A stretch of DNA of 29,122 nt from an uncultured virus (IMG/VR IMGVR_UViG_3300042861_002400) (taxonomy: Duplodnaviria > Heunggongvirae > Uroviricota > Caudoviricetes): the IMG/VR virus record IMGVR_UViG_3300042861_002400. One strand, given 5' to 3'. The stretch's first letter is position 1. Every line of letters starts with the position of its first letter. The notes under the pieces were generated by a model, which ran no database searches, was not told where the DNA came from, and was given only the letters and a program-made list of their open reading frames with translations. The position numbers and the translations under genes are program-made. Shown here piece by piece: positions 1 through 7,983 of this stretch.

Positions 1-29
1 TATGGGTTTCGAACAGTGTAAAATGAATG

Positions 30-222
30 AGTATATGTATACCCGTATTTTTGGTCCTAAGGATCTGTGGATCTTAGAACCTTGTTTTCGGCCAATAATC
101 GGGGTGTAAGATCGGCCTCCGGCGTCTAAGCCTAATTCTCATAAATGCGAGTCCGAAATTACGGACTTAATCGGTTTGTCATATATACTAAAAGTGTTCT
201 AAAAAAGATAGTATATGTATAC
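30..222. repeat. 13-bp direct repeat AGTATATGTATAC (30-42 and 210-222) in AT-rich region
   Basis: Read directly. Confidence 0.8.
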
Positions 223-306
223 TCTTATGGTATTAGTATAAGTATACGCTCTTTTCTAGAGCAAATTTTTGACCCCGTACAAATCGGTTGTGTCCGAAAT
301 TTTAAA

Positions 307-388
307 AAGTGGGACATTTTGTCACAGTCTAATCATCATGGTCATTATAATAACTATAGTGACTTAAGTGGGACATTTTGTCACAGTC
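307..388. repeat. Perfect 23-bp direct repeat AAGTGGGACATTTTGTCACAGTC (307-329 and 366-388), each copy an imperfect palindrome
   Basis: Read directly; core GACA-TTT-TGTC. It is followed by a TGACAAA...TTTGTCA inverted pair at 392-414. Confidence 0.9.
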
Positions 389-699
389 AGCTGACAAATA
401 CCGATCTTTTGTCAAACTGACAGAGCCAATGAACCGATCTGCCCTCGAATGCACGTGTCAATAGCCCAGAATCCAAGGCTCAAAGACCCCTCATTGGCCG
501 CCTTGGCGAGATGGGAATCCATGAATCTTTGGATCAATGAATTAAATGGATGCCCGTGCGGGAGGCATGGGCTCGACGGGTTATGCCGCCGCTCCCGCAC
601 AGGACTGCCCGTTGGGTCTTTGCGGACGGGTGGCCGCGAATCTCTTTGAATCAATGAACCAATGGCTCACAGAGCCGATGTCGACTACCGTTTAATGAG

Positions 700-729
700 G
701 CCCCGCCACCCATGGCTGGGTGACGGGGC
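700..729 (-). terminator. GC-rich hairpin just downstream of the minus-strand gene; possible terminator
   Basis: GCCCCGCCACCCA-TGGC-TGGGTGACGGGGC stem (one mismatch) 12 nt after the stop codon; the U-tract is weak. Confidence 0.45.
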
Positions 730-741
730 TGCGGCCTGCGC

Positions 742-1113
742 CTAGGCCAGGAACTCTTCCACGCTGGTCCCCAGGGCCAGGTTCCAGCGGGGCGCGTAGT
801 CGTCCGACTCTTCGAGGACGACGGGCACCTGCACGCCCTTCAGCGCGCCGGAGTCAACCTTGTGCGCCAGGTCGGCCAGATCCTTCGCGCCCAGCATGGC
901 CAGGCGGCGGCCGAACAGCCGCTTGTTGGTCTCGGCCTTCTCGCCGACGAGGCCCATCTGGGCGGGCGTGCATCCGACGATCACTTCGATCGGCTGATCG
1001 GCGGCGGTCGGGCAGTCTCCGGTCAACCGAACGTATCGGCTGGCGGCGCGTTCTGCCGTCGCGGCGAAGCGGTGCAGGGACGCAGTGGTCACGGTCATGA
1101 TGTATGCGGACAT
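742..1113 (-). CDS. Hypothetical phage protein (123 aa), divergent from the main operon
   Basis: GGAGG RBS 7 nt before ATG on the minus strand; GC-rich third positions; natural protein composition. Confidence 0.8.
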   Translation of the reverse strand: MSAYIMTVTTASLHRFAATAERAASRYVRLTGDCPTAADQPIEVIVGCTPAQMGLVGEKAETNKRLFGRRLAMLGAKDLADLAHKVDSGALKGVQVPVVLEESDDYAPRWNLALGTSVEEFLA

Positions 1114-1355
1114 AGTGTAGCCTCCAATGCGCGGCCCTGGTCCCCTTGCTCCCCGTCATGGGGTGGCATAGGGGAAAGGATTCTTTGCCGCGCCCAACAC
1201 TCGTCCCTCTTTGCTTGGGGATTTAACGCCCTGCGAAGCAGGGGGTGATGTTTCTTTCCCCGACCAGCCACGTATGCACGCAGGCACATTTTTGCCTAGG
1301 CGATCAGGCCGGCACCCTGTCAGGACAGCCATGAAAAAATATTGCGAAATTCCTG

Positions 1356-1384
1356 TGGACACCCTTCGAAAATTCTTATATGTT
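1356..1384 (+). promoter_or_regulatory. Sigma70-like promoter TGGACA-N17-TATGTT with upstream A-tract
   Basis: Near-consensus -35/-10 with 17-bp spacing; AAAAAATATT upstream; precedes the plus-strand gene chain. Confidence 0.6.
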
Positions 1385-1532
1385 TTCCCTTGACTCAGCC
1401 ACGAGGTACCCACCCGGCACCTCCGACAAGGAGCGGTAGACCCAGATAGGAGGGGTCAGGTATGCGGGTCTGGGCCCGCGGGTACCTCCTGGCGGTCTTA
1501 CGAAGAACCAACGAACCAAAGGAGACAAAGCA

Positions 1533-1715
1533 ATGAACGAGACCGAAAGCAAAGTAGTACGGACACTGATCATCGCTATAGCGGGCGTCATCGTATCAGG
1601 TGTCCTGATCCTATCGATCAGACACATGATCGTCGGGAGGATCGCCATCCAGAACGGCTACGAGCAGGTGCAGCTTGCCGGGACCGAAGGCGTTATGTGG
1701 CAAAAATCAAAGTAA
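1533..1715 (+). CDS. Small single-pass membrane protein (60 aa)
   Basis: AAAGGAGA RBS; hydrophobic stretch TLIIAIAGVIVSGVLILSI. Confidence 0.75.
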   Translation: MNETESKVVRTLIIAIAGVIVSGVLILSIRHMIVGRIAIQNGYEQVQLAGTEGVMWQKSK

Positions 1716-1733
1716 ACGGAGACCGCACAACAT

Positions 1734-2147
1734 ATGCTACCGACCATCCGCGAGCTCATGACGACCCTCACACTTCCCGACCCGGCGGCAATGGCCTGGT
1801 CCTTTGATCCGACCGTCCGGCAGAAAGGCTTCCAGGGAATCGCCATCCCGCGGTTCGTCGATGCATTCGATCGGCCGACCTGCCACCGCTGTCCACTTTA
1901 CTACACGTGCCCGGCCCAGCTGATCGGCGGGCCCAAGCAGGCACCGCGGGCCGGCAGGCTGCGCCGCCTCCTGCTGCGACTGCTGAGGGCGCGCCCTGAG
2001 GAGGCCACTCCCATCAGTTACCGGAACGTCGTCCCAAGTGACGCGTGCCCCGTCTGGTACGACCCGACCCAGCAGATACCCCGCAATGATATTTCCGTTT
2101 ACATTCAACAAGAACAATCATTGAAGAAGGAGACCATTCACATATGA
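1734..2147 (+). CDS. Hypothetical Cys-containing protein (137 aa)
   Basis: GGAG upstream; CHRCPLYYTC and distal ACP motifs; ATGA overlap with the next gene. Confidence 0.6.
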   Translation: MLPTIRELMTTLTLPDPAAMAWSFDPTVRQKGFQGIAIPRFVDAFDRPTCHRCPLYYTCPAQLIGGPKQAPRAGRLRRLLLRLLRARPEEATPISYRNVVPSDACPVWYDPTQQIPRNDISVYIQQEQSLKKETIHI

Positions 2148-3253
2148 TATCGACAACCGTCGCCCTCATCCTCTGCCTCCCCGTCCTCGTCGCTCTAGGC
2201 GCCGCCTGCTGGATCGACAAGCTGCGCCGCCGTCTCGCCGATGAGCATACCCGGCACACCAGCCTGCTGAACTGGATCGACTCGCTGCGGCGTCGTCTCG
2301 CCAATGAGCACGCCACCCACACCAGCCTGCTGAATCAGGTCGCCCTCCTCGGCAAAGAGAACGACAAGCTCAAGGCTGACGCCGGGCGCCACGCCGGCCT
2401 GCGCAACCTGATCCGCGGGATGAACGGCACCGAGATGGCCGATCTCGTCTCCTGGCGCACAAGGAAGTGCGAACTCGAGCAACAGGTCCTAGACCTCTAT
2501 ACGCATATCTCCCTCTACCAGTCGGGCGAGCTCTCGATCCCGGTCAAGGATCTCCTGCAGCCATTGCATCTGGTGGGCGGGAGCCGCCAGGATGTCATGG
2601 AGCTGCTGGTCCACCGCCTCGCCGAACGCGACAAGCTCCTCACCGAGTCCTTCCAGAACACGGAATGCGCGGCGGGATGGCGCCGGACGGCCGAGAAATG
2701 CGAGGAAGAGAAGCAGGAACTGATGCGAGAGATCAAGCGCCTCGTTGAGCACGCTACCGCGCTCGAAAAGAACCTGGCGGCCGCCGCTGACTGGGACCGG
2801 GGTAAGTTCACGGCTCTCGCGAAAGCAGAGCAGGAGCTCGAGGTGCTGCGGCAGGCGCTCAACGGTGAGAAGCTGTACAGCGGGCGAATGAAGTTGCAGT
2901 TCGACGGTAGTCAAGAGGTGCACCGGGATCTCCTCAGGAAAATACAGCGGTTCGACCGCGCCATTCTCGACGCCCTGGGGCTGCCGTGGGACACCGACGA
3001 GGCAGAGGTGATCCGCGAGATCAACCGGCTCGTGAAAGACGTGCAGGGGTTGACAGACGAGGAAGAGGCGCCGGAGTCTGGCATCGTAGCGAGCGCGATT
3101 CCGCCAACACCAAAAACCTACCGCTGCCCCGGCGCCGCGGGCTGTGGGATAGAGCAGTGCTCACACTTCAACGAGCACGATCATGTCGGCGCTCCGATTG
3201 GCAACTGGGGTTGCGAACACGCCGCGGGTCCCTGCGAAGAGGTGGAGTCATGA
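2144..3253 (+). CDS. Membrane-anchored coiled-coil protein with Cys/His-rich C-terminus (369 aa)
   Basis: AAGGAG RBS; N-terminal hydrophobic helix; heptad-rich E/K/L/R body; terminal CPGAAGC..C.H..H.H..C.H..C segment. Confidence 0.85.
   Translation: MISTTVALILCLPVLVALGAACWIDKLRRRLADEHTRHTSLLNWIDSLRRRLANEHATHTSLLNQVALLGKENDKLKADAGRHAGLRNLIRGMNGTEMADLVSWRTRKCELEQQVLDLYTHISLYQSGELSIPVKDLLQPLHLVGGSRQDVMELLVHRLAERDKLLTESFQNTECAAGWRRTAEKCEEEKQELMREIKRLVEHATALEKNLAAAADWDRGKFTALAKAEQELEVLRQALNGEKLYSGRMKLQFDGSQEVHRDLLRKIQRFDRAILDALGLPWDTDEAEVIREINRLVKDVQGLTDEEEAPESGIVASAIPPTPKTYRCPGAAGCGIEQCSHFNEHDHVGAPIGNWGCEHAAGPCEEVES
2210..2335 (+). repeat. In-frame 63-bp tandem duplication (2 x 21 aa)
   Basis: WIDKLRRRLADEHTRHTSLLN / WIDSLRRRLANEHATHTSLLN. 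Confidence 0.9.
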
Positions 3254-3771
3254 AACTGTACCTAGCCACGAACGAATACCAGCATCCGTTTCCGGAGACC
3301 GCGGACTTAACCGTCGAAGGCGCGAAGGCAAAGGCTGTCGCCATATTCGGCACGGACTGCATCGCAAAGAGGGGCGTCTGCATTGCCCTGCTGGAATGTG
3401 AACCGGTTTGGGTCGTGGGATTCAGGGCGAAAAGGGAAGGGACTATGAGCGAAACCACCGATCTACAAGCCATCGTCATCGAGAGCCATGAGCGCAAGCT
3501 CAGGATATTGGAACTCGATAAGGAGATCACTGCGCTCAAGACAGCCGCGGCGATCGGGCCGCGTGGGGCGGCGGTCAACATCAACCGCGACCCCATGACC
3601 AATCTCGTTACCGTGAATCTGTCGGCCCACGTGGACCTCAATCCCTCGGACCTCGAAGGGCCGGGGGCGCGCGAAGCCGTCCGCCGGGCGATGGAAAAGC
3701 TGACGGAGTCCTGCTTCAGCCAGGTCATCGAGGGTCTCTCAGCAAACCGACGCCCGCGGAGGCCCTCGTGA
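3250..3771 (+). CDS. Hypothetical protein (173 aa; start re-assigned to ATG 3250), possible internal start at 3445
   Basis: ATGA overlap with the upstream stop; GGAG/GAGG upstream; purine-rich tract before in-frame ATG 3445. Confidence 0.75.
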   Translation: MKLYLATNEYQHPFPETADLTVEGAKAKAVAIFGTDCIAKRGVCIALLECEPVWVVGFRAKREGTMSETTDLQAIVIESHERKLRILELDKEITALKTAAAIGPRGAAVNINRDPMTNLVTVNLSAHVDLNPSDLEGPGAREAVRRAMEKLTESCFSQVIEGLSANRRPRRPS

Positions 3772-3986
3772 AAACCGTCACATTTATTGAAACCCCCGCC
3801 GAATTGCTCAAGCTGGTCCGCGCCGGAAAGGCTAGGCTGAGCTTTCACGATCGGTCGGTCAGTGCCTCGTTGCCGCCGGATACGAAGATCGAGGCGGACG
3901 ATGGTGGGCGCACGTTCTCGGTCATCGACCTGGTCCGGGAACTCATGGACGAGTCCGGGTACCCTACGAATTGGGAGCAGAAATAA
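3768..3986 (+). CDS. Small hypothetical protein (72 aa), paralogue of the next gene
   Basis: GGAGG RBS; GTGA overlap; shares IET..ELL..V..G and LVRELM...NWE.K with 3986-4228. Confidence 0.8.
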   Translation: MKTVTFIETPAELLKLVRAGKARLSFHDRSVSASLPPDTKIEADDGGRTFSVIDLVRELMDESGYPTNWEQK

Positions 3987-4228
3987 TGAGGAACATCACC
4001 GTTATTGAAACCGTCACCGAGCTCCTGGAGTTCGTGAAGGTCGGTCGACTCCAGATCGAGTTTGATCCTGACAGCAACCGGTTCGACGTTCCAGATGTTC
4101 CGGAAGACCTCCAACTCCCCGTTAAATGTCATGACCCGAACTTCTATTCACTTTCGGGCCTTGTGCGCGAGCTGATGTCGGGCTGCACCGTGAACTGGGA
4201 GAAGAAGATGCCAGGGGCGAAGGCGTGA
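3986..4228 (+). CDS. Small hypothetical protein (80 aa), paralogue of the previous gene
   Basis: TAATG overlap; GGAG RBS; shared motifs with 3768-3986. Confidence 0.8.
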   Translation: MRNITVIETVTELLEFVKVGRLQIEFDPDSNRFDVPDVPEDLQLPVKCHDPNFYSLSGLVRELMSGCTVNWEKKMPGAKA

Positions 4229-4416
4229 ACCTCAGCTTCCTACACGCTACTGGCCTGCTTAAGCCGCGTAAACCGTCCGAGTACGACAGGTGCGGAACTT
4301 CCAAGCCGGTTATTCCGCGCCGGGAGAGCAGCCCGCGCGATATGAAAGTCTACACCTGGGCGATGGAGACACACCTGTTTGGTAGACAGAAACCTCAATC
4401 AAAGGAGTCCCTATAA
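4225..4416 (+). CDS. Small basic hypothetical protein (63 aa)
   Basis: GTGA overlap at the start and TAATG overlap at the end; fills the operon gap exactly. Confidence 0.55.
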   Translation: MNLSFLHATGLLKPRKPSEYDRCGTSKPVIPRRESSPRDMKVYTWAMETHLFGRQKPQSKESL

Positions 4417-4643
4417 TGGCAACTGGAAATCAAGTGTTACGGGCCTACAACCGCGCGGCGAAGAGCGTCGCCAAAGATCAGGCCATGTCAAGCACCGCCG
4501 TATCGGCGGGCTACATCATCATCCCGAACGGGCAGAGGCGCGGGCAGCGCGAGGGCTACCAGGTCTTCGTCAAGCTGGTGAAGTTCAGCGAAATGAAACT
4601 GAAACTTGACCCGGAGTCGGGCGGACTGATGGGGGCGCTATGA
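4416..4643 (+). CDS. Small hypothetical protein (75 aa)
   Basis: AAAGGAG RBS; coupled to neighbours at both ends. Confidence 0.75.
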   Translation: MATGNQVLRAYNRAAKSVAKDQAMSSTAVSAGYIIIPNGQRRGQREGYQVFVKLVKFSEMKLKLDPESGGLMGAL

Positions 4644-5422
4644 ACCTGTTCAACATCTTCAAACCGAAACCCGTCTGGCCCGTTACGAACGCCCACACCA
4701 TGGGCGTCACCTGCGGCTTGACCCGCGTGAATCCCGACTACTATTACGGCTGGGACGGGAGATGCCCGGGATGCAGCCTGGACGCAGTCAACGTATCGCA
4801 CCAGTTGCGCCAGCGCAGCTTCGAGGTCAAGAACTTCACCGATGGCGAGGTCCGGTACCGGCCCGTCTTCGATGCCCTGCTGCAGTCATTCGACATACTC
4901 AAGGGCGACGATGACCTGCTGGTCTACTATTTCAGCGGACACGGTGGACAGGAGCCCGACCAGGACGGCGACGAGATCGACGGCCAGGACGAGACCCAGT
5001 GCTTCTTCGACGGGCCTGTCAAGGACGACAGCTTCCGCAGGCTCTGGCTCAAGGCGCCCCCGAAGCTGCGCATCGTCTTCATCAGCGATTCCTGCAACAG
5101 CGGCACCATGTCGCGGGTTTACCGCAGGGGCCGGCGTGGTGACCGGGTGCTCATGCTTCGACAACGCCCGAAGTCCCTGCGCAGGGCCCTGCCCGACGGC
5201 TTCAAGGGCCGGCTGCTGCATATCGCAGGCTGCCCCGACGGTATGTCCAGCTACGGCGGACTTACCGGCGGCGTCTTCACGACGGAGCTGCTCAAGGCGC
5301 TGCGTCCGGGCATCACCTACACCGACTGGTTCAATGAGGCAACCTCCCGGATGCCCCGGAATCAGGTGCCGCTGATGGAGTCATTCGGCGAGAGCTTCGC
5401 CAATCGGGTGGCGCTGACATGA
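4640..5422 (+). CDS. Metacaspase / caspase-family cysteine peptidase (Peptidase C14)
   Basis: GC..DA N-terminal motif, catalytic YFSGHG and ISDSCNSG motifs, acidic DQDGDEIDGQDET loop, p10-like GGVFT...QVP C-terminal part. Confidence 0.93.
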   Translation: MNLFNIFKPKPVWPVTNAHTMGVTCGLTRVNPDYYYGWDGRCPGCSLDAVNVSHQLRQRSFEVKNFTDGEVRYRPVFDALLQSFDILKGDDDLLVYYFSGHGGQEPDQDGDEIDGQDETQCFFDGPVKDDSFRRLWLKAPPKLRIVFISDSCNSGTMSRVYRRGRRGDRVLMLRQRPKSLRRALPDGFKGRLLHIAGCPDGMSSYGGLTGGVFTTELLKALRPGITYTDWFNEATSRMPRNQVPLMESFGESFANRVALT

Positions 5423-5541
5423 TGAGCCGCCTGATCGGCTGGATCCTTGCTGCCGGCGCCGTCTTCGTCGTCGGGCTATGCGCGCTCGGCCTCTGGCTCT
5501 CTGGTGGCAATAACAACGAAGACCCTTGGAAGCCCGCATAA
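5419..5541 (+). CDS. 40-aa single-TM membrane peptide (not in ORF track)
   Basis: MMSRLIGWILAAGAVFVVGLCALGLWLSGGNNNEDPWKPA; ATGA overlap with the metacaspase stop; ends 1 nt before the next ATG. Confidence 0.65.
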   Translation: MMSRLIGWILAAGAVFVVGLCALGLWLSGGNNNEDPWKPA

Positions 5542-5542
5542 A

Positions 5543-5740
5543 ATGAAAGCAATCGTCCGAGATACCGGTCAGACGTTCCACGGCTTGCGCAAGCTACACC
5601 TCGAGTATGCGGGGTTCGTTGTGGCGAGCTCCGTCATCTGGGTGCCCGAGGCCATCACGGCCTCTATGCTGGAGGATCACTTGAACGGCGTCATTGAAGA
5701 AGAGGAGCGTAAGGTATGGATGGCGGAACCCACTATGTAG
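5543..5740 (+). CDS. Small hypothetical protein (65 aa; start re-assigned to ATG 5543)
   Basis: MKAIVRDTGQ...; tight packing with the preceding ORF. Confidence 0.55.
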   Translation: MKAIVRDTGQTFHGLRKLHLEYAGFVVASSVIWVPEAITASMLEDHLNGVIEEEERKVWMAEPTM

Positions 5741-6048
5741 ACGGTCCCGGCGGGATGACCGAGGAGGAATACCGGCGGGAGACCGTCCCGGAGCACCACA
5801 CCGTCGTGGTGGTCGCCCGGAAAGAGGAATACACCAGCGGCCACGGGATGCGGGATACGCACCTCGTCTTCGATACGCGCATCCCGGCTTTCACGAACAA
5901 GACCGCGGCGAGCATGTGGCTCAACCGGCGGATCCAGGCATCGATGGTGGGAAGAGGAGATTACTTCTCCAAGGAGGGGCTCACCCTGCTCGAGGTCCCG
6001 GTCGCGGAGACCGGCCTCGCCATTTGGAAACAGAGTTTAGGAGAGTAG
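5716..6048 (+). CDS. Hypothetical protein (up to 110 aa; start could be 5755)
   Basis: GAGGAG upstream; GC3-rich codons; lies directly before the terminase. Confidence 0.65.
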   Translation: MDGGTHYVDGPGGMTEEEYRRETVPEHHTVVVVARKEEYTSGHGMRDTHLVFDTRIPAFTNKTAASMWLNRRIQASMVGRGDYFSKEGLTLLEVPVAETGLAIWKQSLGE

Positions 6049-6054
6049 GACGAC

Positions 6055-7857
6055 ATGCCCCAGACCTTTAAACGTAAATACGGTCTTGACTTTCCCGCGG
6101 ACTGGACCGACGTCCAGATCGAGCTCAAATGCTGGAAGCACTGGCGCGAGCCCACCTACAAAGCGGGGACGTTGAGGGACCCGCATGAGTGCTTCTTCCG
6201 GGCCATGCGCTCGGAGTACCAGCCCGGGCGTCGTGTCCTCGAGGCCGATGAGTGGATCGTCTCGCGCTGGTCGGAGGAGCACGTCTTCGACTGGACGATG
6301 GAGAGCGGCATCATCGTCTGGGGCTGCGCAGCCTCGTCGAAGTCGTGGGAATACGGCCTGCTGGCCGATGTCGATTGGTATGTCGACCCGAACAATACGA
6401 TCACACTCATGGCGTCGACCTCGAAGGACGCCCTGCTCAAACGTACTTTCGCCTCTGTCGTCCATTACCACCAGCTCTTCAAGATGAAGGGCGGACTGTT
6501 TCCCGGGCGCTATGTGCCATCGAAGTTCGCGGTCGTCCTCAGCGAGGATGACATCGAGGCCGCCTCCACAAAGACGGGTGTATGGGGCATCGCTGTCACG
6601 GACGGTCCCGTCGCCGAGGCGGTCGGCCGTATCCGCGGCATGCACGACGACTACGTCCGGCTTATCGTCGACGAACTGTCGGCGATGCCGCCGGCCGTCT
6701 GGGACAAGAAGCTGCGCCACAACCTGCGCGTCGGCGCGAACGACCTCAAGGTGATCGGCCTCACCAACATCGATGCAATAGACGACCTAGCCGGTCGTAA
6801 TTCGGAGCCGATCGGCGGCTGGGGCACGGTGAACATGGACACCGAGCTGTGGCGAACCCACCAGGGCATCGTCCGTCGCCATGACGGGTTCAAGTCTCCC
6901 GCCATCGTCGAACCCGATGGGGCGAAACGGTTCCCCCACCTGCTGACGCAGTCTGCTCTTGACGAGGCGATTAAGGAAGAGGGCGGCAATGCGGACGCAC
7001 CCGCCATTATTTCGATGTACAGGGCGTGGCCTCCGGACGTCTCCTCGAGGCCGGTGATCGTCACGCCCTCGCAGGCGACCAAGTGGGGCATGCGACCCGT
7101 CGCCGACCAGCGACCGAACTGGTTGTACCCGCCGATGGTGCTGGCCGGGCTCGACGGCTCGGGTGGCGGCGACAACATCGCCTTGCAGTTCCTGCTCTTC
7201 GGCATCGTCGCCAATGGAGAGCGATGGCTGTGGTTCGAACCCGAGGAGATCATCCCGATCAAGGCCGGAGCCGGCGAGATGCCGGTCACCGATCAGGTGG
7301 TCGCTTACTGCCTGCCGCGCTTCTCGACCATGAATCTGCAGCCGCAATACCTGGGCGTGGACGACACTGGCCCCCAGGGCCTCGCTGACGCGCTCTGCAG
7401 AGCCTGGTCGGCGGGCCTTCAGCGGTATTCTTTCAGCTCCTCAGCGACCGATATGGCGGTGTCGGCGTTCAACAAGAAGCCCGCCAAGGACAAGTACGCC
7501 GATCTAGTGACCGAGATATGCTACCTATACCACGAATACGGCCAGTATTCGCAACTTAAGAACGTCGGCCCCGCCATTCTCAGCCAGGTCACGACGCGCG
7601 AGGTGATCAGCCGCGGTAAGAAACTGGCGCTCATCGACAAGAAGACCTACAAGAAAAACACAGGCCGGCGTTCGCCCGACCAGATGGACGCGGGCGCAAT
7701 GGCGCTGGGTGTGGCGCGGCATATACTGGGCTTCGCACCCGGGTCGAAGGAGTTCTCACCAGACGGCCCGCCCGAACAGTTCACGACACCGGGCGTCGAG
7801 TTCGATCAGTCGGTCGTCGCGGCGATGAACAACCTCAAGAGCGATTACGGGTCCTAA
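6055..7857 (+). CDS. terL: Terminase large subunit
   Basis: Walker A-like WGCAASSKS, Walker B RLIVDE, nuclease motifs LAGLDGSGGGD and RSPDQMDA; 600 aa; upstream of the portal. Confidence 0.9.
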   Translation: MPQTFKRKYGLDFPADWTDVQIELKCWKHWREPTYKAGTLRDPHECFFRAMRSEYQPGRRVLEADEWIVSRWSEEHVFDWTMESGIIVWGCAASSKSWEYGLLADVDWYVDPNNTITLMASTSKDALLKRTFASVVHYHQLFKMKGGLFPGRYVPSKFAVVLSEDDIEAASTKTGVWGIAVTDGPVAEAVGRIRGMHDDYVRLIVDELSAMPPAVWDKKLRHNLRVGANDLKVIGLTNIDAIDDLAGRNSEPIGGWGTVNMDTELWRTHQGIVRRHDGFKSPAIVEPDGAKRFPHLLTQSALDEAIKEEGGNADAPAIISMYRAWPPDVSSRPVIVTPSQATKWGMRPVADQRPNWLYPPMVLAGLDGSGGGDNIALQFLLFGIVANGERWLWFEPEEIIPIKAGAGEMPVTDQVVAYCLPRFSTMNLQPQYLGVDDTGPQGLADALCRAWSAGLQRYSFSSSATDMAVSAFNKKPAKDKYADLVTEICYLYHEYGQYSQLKNVGPAILSQVTTREVISRGKKLALIDKKTYKKNTGRRSPDQMDAGAMALGVARHILGFAPGSKEFSPDGPPEQFTTPGVEFDQSVVAAMNNLKSDYGS

Positions 7858-7860
7858 ATG

Positions 7861-7915
7861 CAATGATATTTTTATGAATAATGCTATTGACATATCATTG
7901 ACTCCCTGCGATATT
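7861..7915 (+). promoter_or_regulatory. Probable late promoter TTGACA-N17-GATATT (TG extended -10) with a 9-bp inverted repeat around the -35
   Basis: AT-rich intergenic island; TTGACA at 7887-7892; CAATGATAT (7861-7869) and ATATCATTG (7892-7900). Confidence 0.55.
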
Positions 7916-7983
7916 TTGAAGCTGAAACTCGGGACTTTTAGGTATTGACTTTTTGTTCAACTCACAACGCGGAGACACTGACC

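Noticed and set aside
307..388. 23-bp repeat with 36-bp spacer as a mini-CRISPR array, or as a CRP site
   Set aside because: Only two copies and no cas genes in the window; TGGGA-N7-TCACA has the wrong spacing for CRP (N6). A mini-array cannot be fully excluded without comparing the repeat with known CRISPR repeats.
145..654. Short ORFs 145-420, 412-654 and 449-649
   Set aside because: No convincing RBS, atypical codon usage, and they overlap the repeat-rich non-coding region.
1141..1175. G/C-run hairpin (TCCCCT...AGGGGA) at the divergent junction as a pac/cos site
   Set aside because: The structure is present, but nothing in the sequence alone supports a packaging function.
2986..3249. Upstream extensions given by the ORF track (2986, 9047, 15791, 18377, 21445)
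   Set aside because: They overlap real upstream genes or leaders; downstream starts have clear RBSs or stop-start coupling.
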